Assembly (NCBI GenBank): GCA_022614955.1 | Contig: JAKEHP010000027.1 | Coordinates: 16,555-80,554, forward strand | Source of the DNA: Candidatus Methylomirabilota bacterium | Lineage (GTDB): Bacteria > Methylomirabilota > Methylomirabilia > Methylomirabilales > JACPAU01 | Length of the DNA stretch: 64,000 nucleotides | Reading direction: 5' to 3' | Shown here: positions 62,370-64,000 of the stretch, in pieces | How the letters are laid out: each line of letters starts with the position of its first letter | Position numbering within the stretch: position 1 is the first letter of the stretch | Notes under the pieces: model-generated | The model's database searches: none | The model's input: only the letters and a program-made list of their open reading frames with translations | Told to the model about the DNA's origin: nothing | Made by a program: the position numbers and the translations under genes

Positions 62370-62711
62370 ATGAGCGTGCTCGTGCGGATCCCGACCCCCC
62401 TGCGGAATCTTACGCAAGGGCAGGCGGAGGTGAAGGTCGAGGGGACCTCCATCGGGGAGCTGATCGAGCGGCTGGACGCCAAGTACGCCGGGCTGAAGGA
62501 CCGCCTCTGCGAGGGCAACGGCGCAATCCGCCGGTTCATCAATATCTACGTGAACGAGGAGGACATCCGATTCCTCCAGGGCCCGGCGACGCCCCTGAAG
62601 GCGGGGGATGCGGTCTCCATTGTCCCCGCTATTGCGGGCGGGGGACCAGAGACCGGCACCACCTTCGCGAGGCCGTCCCGCAGAAGGCCCGTGAAGGAAG
62701 CCGTCCATTAA
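62370..62711 (+). CDS. MoaD/ThiS-like sulfur carrier with 23-residue extension after the Gly-Gly (candidate MetO-type carrier)
   Basis: MSVLVRIPTPLRNLT...FINIYVNEEDIRF...VSIVPAIAGG, then GPETGTTFARPSRRRPVKEAVH. Confidence 0.75.
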   Translation: MSVLVRIPTPLRNLTQGQAEVKVEGTSIGELIERLDAKYAGLKDRLCEGNGAIRRFINIYVNEEDIRFLQGPATPLKAGDAVSIVPAIAGGGPETGTTFARPSRRRPVKEAVH

Positions 62712-62976
62712 TCAGGCTTCGCCAGGCCCGCCACCCGCACACCTTGCTCCACTCGTTCGCGACCCCCTTGCTCGAAGACGGCTCCCGTGAGTGCTCTCTT
62801 CAGAGCCGCTCTTGGGGTGGACACCGCCGGTGTCGCGGAATGAGGCCCGGCAGGCACGGCAACAGTGTCTTTGTGGTGGGATGGCGCGGCCGAACAAGGC
62901 ACTGAAGCTGACGGGGCTCCGTCACCCGCAGGTTCGCGCCATCGCGTCAGGCGGCGTGACGTCGCGGGAGGATCCT

Positions 62977-63513
62977 GTGAAGTGGCAGGCCCTTCTTCTT
63001 TGCCTCGTTCTCACCGGTTCCGCAGGAGGCGTTTCCGCTCAGGAGCATGGTGACCCGAAATGGGTCGGGGCAGCGCTTACTTTGATTGCTCGGCTGTCCA
63101 AGCATGCACCACGGGACCAGCACGGTTTCCTCGAGAGGCGCTATCACCTCAGCGATCTCAACCAAGACGGCATCATGGAGGTGCTCGAAATCATCCCGTA
63201 TTACGAGGGGAGGCTCGAGTTTATGAATGCAGAACTCGGTCCTGCATTCGAATGGATCAACATCTACCAGTATCAGGACCGGGACTACCGCGAAGCTACA
63301 GTGCAGTACCCGTTCTTCCTCACGAAAAGGCGGATTGGATACGAGTTCTGGCTAAGGCTCATCGACAACCCCGTCAACCTCACCCCGGATAGCCGTGGCG
63401 TGATTCGTGCGAACCGAGATGAATTTCTCGGTATCCTGAACGGATACCTCGCCAAGATCGACAGGCTCAGGTCCACTCCGCTGCCCAAGAAGAGCATGGA
63501 GCCGCCCCGGTAG
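62977..63513 (+). CDS. secreted hypothetical protein
   Basis: GTG after GGGAGGA. Signal peptide WQALLLCLVLTGSAGGVSAQ. Lower GC. No family recognised. Confidence 0.5.
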   Translation: MKWQALLLCLVLTGSAGGVSAQEHGDPKWVGAALTLIARLSKHAPRDQHGFLERRYHLSDLNQDGIMEVLEIIPYYEGRLEFMNAELGPAFEWINIYQYQDRDYREATVQYPFFLTKRRIGYEFWLRLIDNPVNLTPDSRGVIRANRDEFLGILNGYLAKIDRLRSTPLPKKSMEPPR

Positions 63514-63538
63514 AGCGCGCGGCTCAGGCCTGACCATT

Positions 63539-64000
63539 ATGACACGTTCAACTGCGGATGTGGTGATCTGTGGCGCCGGGATGGCCGGCGTTGCCGCAGC
63601 CTATCACCTGGCGGTCAGGCACGACGTCACCAACGTGGTCCTGGTGGATGAGCGGCCGCCCCTCACGCTCACCAGCGATAAGGGCACGGAGGCCTATCGC
63701 AACTGGTGGCCCGGCCCCGGCGACACGATGGTCCGGTTCATGAACCGCAGCATTGACCTGCTGGAGGAATTGGCGGGCGAGAGCAACAACTGTTTCCAGT
63801 TGAACCGGCGGGGGTACGTCTTTCTCACAGCCAGACCCGAGCAGATCGCCAGGATGAGAGACACTGCCACCGCGATCTCCGCGCTCGGCGCCGGACCGCT
63901 GCGCGAGCACCCTTGCCCGTCCCCCTACGTTCCCTCCAAACCTCAGGGCTTTGACGATCTCCCGACCGGCGCCGACCTTGTCTTGGATCGCGCGCGCATC
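63539..64000 (+). CDS. FAD-dependent oxidoreductase (DAO-like), N-terminal part; runs off right edge
   Basis: ATG 63539. ADVVICGAGMAGVAAAYHL dinucleotide-binding motif followed by VLVDE. Confidence 0.7.
   Translation, partial: MTRSTADVVICGAGMAGVAAAYHLAVRHDVTNVVLVDERPPLTLTSDKGTEAYRNWWPGPGDTMVRFMNRSIDLLEELAGESNNCFQLNRRGYVFLTARPEQIARMRDTATAISALGAGPLREHPCPSPYVPSKPQGFDDLPTGADLVLDRARI

Noticed and set aside
1-64000. Alternative genetic code (UGA read as Trp or Gly) as the explanation for the four in-frame UGAs.
   Set aside because: Many well-supported genes in the window terminate at TGA at the expected protein ends. The four internal UGAs are confined to catalytic Cys positions. This fits Sec, not global reassignment.
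1-64000. CRISPR arrays, rRNA, tRNA and tRNA-Sec genes, prophage or defence-system genes.
   Set aside because: No regularly spaced repeats, no rRNA-like or cloverleaf-like segments, and no nuclease, helicase or toxin-type ORFs were seen. Small RNAs could be missed by eye; a tRNAscan/Infernal run is needed.

Overview
High-GC bacterial chromosomal window (about two-thirds G+C by eye, GC3-rich codons). It is densely coding on both strands, with about 75 credible genes. Most long R/P/G-rich ORFs in the six-frame track are antisense or out-of-frame shadows of real genes. I recognised no rRNA, tRNA or CRISPR array.

Gene content, left to right:
(1) TerC fragment, GGT, CBS protein, and a three-gene 2-oxoacid:ferredoxin oxidoreductase operon behind a GntR/FadR regulator.
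(2) ECF sigma/anti-sigma pair, then a decayed stretch (thioredoxin remnant, possible transposase fragment), then two adjacent exported proteins whose CxxC first Cys is an in-frame UGA.
(3) A single-gene low-GC island encoding a membrane sulfatase-family protein, followed by a DUF488 pseudogene.
(4) Envelope glycan genes: DoxX, GT-C, processive GT2 and two beta-propeller proteins.
(5) A block of DUF2064, NUDIX, methyltransferase, GT2 and two radical-SAM/SPASM genes.
(6) HAMP class-III cyclase, SpoIIM-like protein, Gfo/Idh/MocA oxidoreductase, metX, PilZ.
(7) selD (itself UGA-containing) trailing an AMMECR1-purMNHDE operon.
(8) A large sulfur-relay / protein-thiocarboxylate cysteine cluster: Rrf2, cysK, MoaD::MoeB fusion, DsrEFH, YeeE with in-frame UGA, rhodanese, TusA, beta-propeller, TusA, CysO-like carrier, cysM.
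(9) NitT/TauT ABC transporter, sulfite reductase, rhodanese, siroheme genes, TauE, APS reductase, sulfate adenylyltransferase, CbiX.
(10) A SAM-I riboswitch controlling NIL, ThrC-like and MoaD-like genes.

Main candidate novelty: a selenocysteine-recoding signature at four catalytic-Cys positions (TlpA-like redoxin, DUF3179, SelD, YeeE/YedE), each followed by a hairpin. It is embedded in an unusually complete sulfur/selenium trafficking neighbourhood.

Limits: all family calls come from motif recognition by eye. Start codons were chosen from RBS context and may be off. No database search was run.
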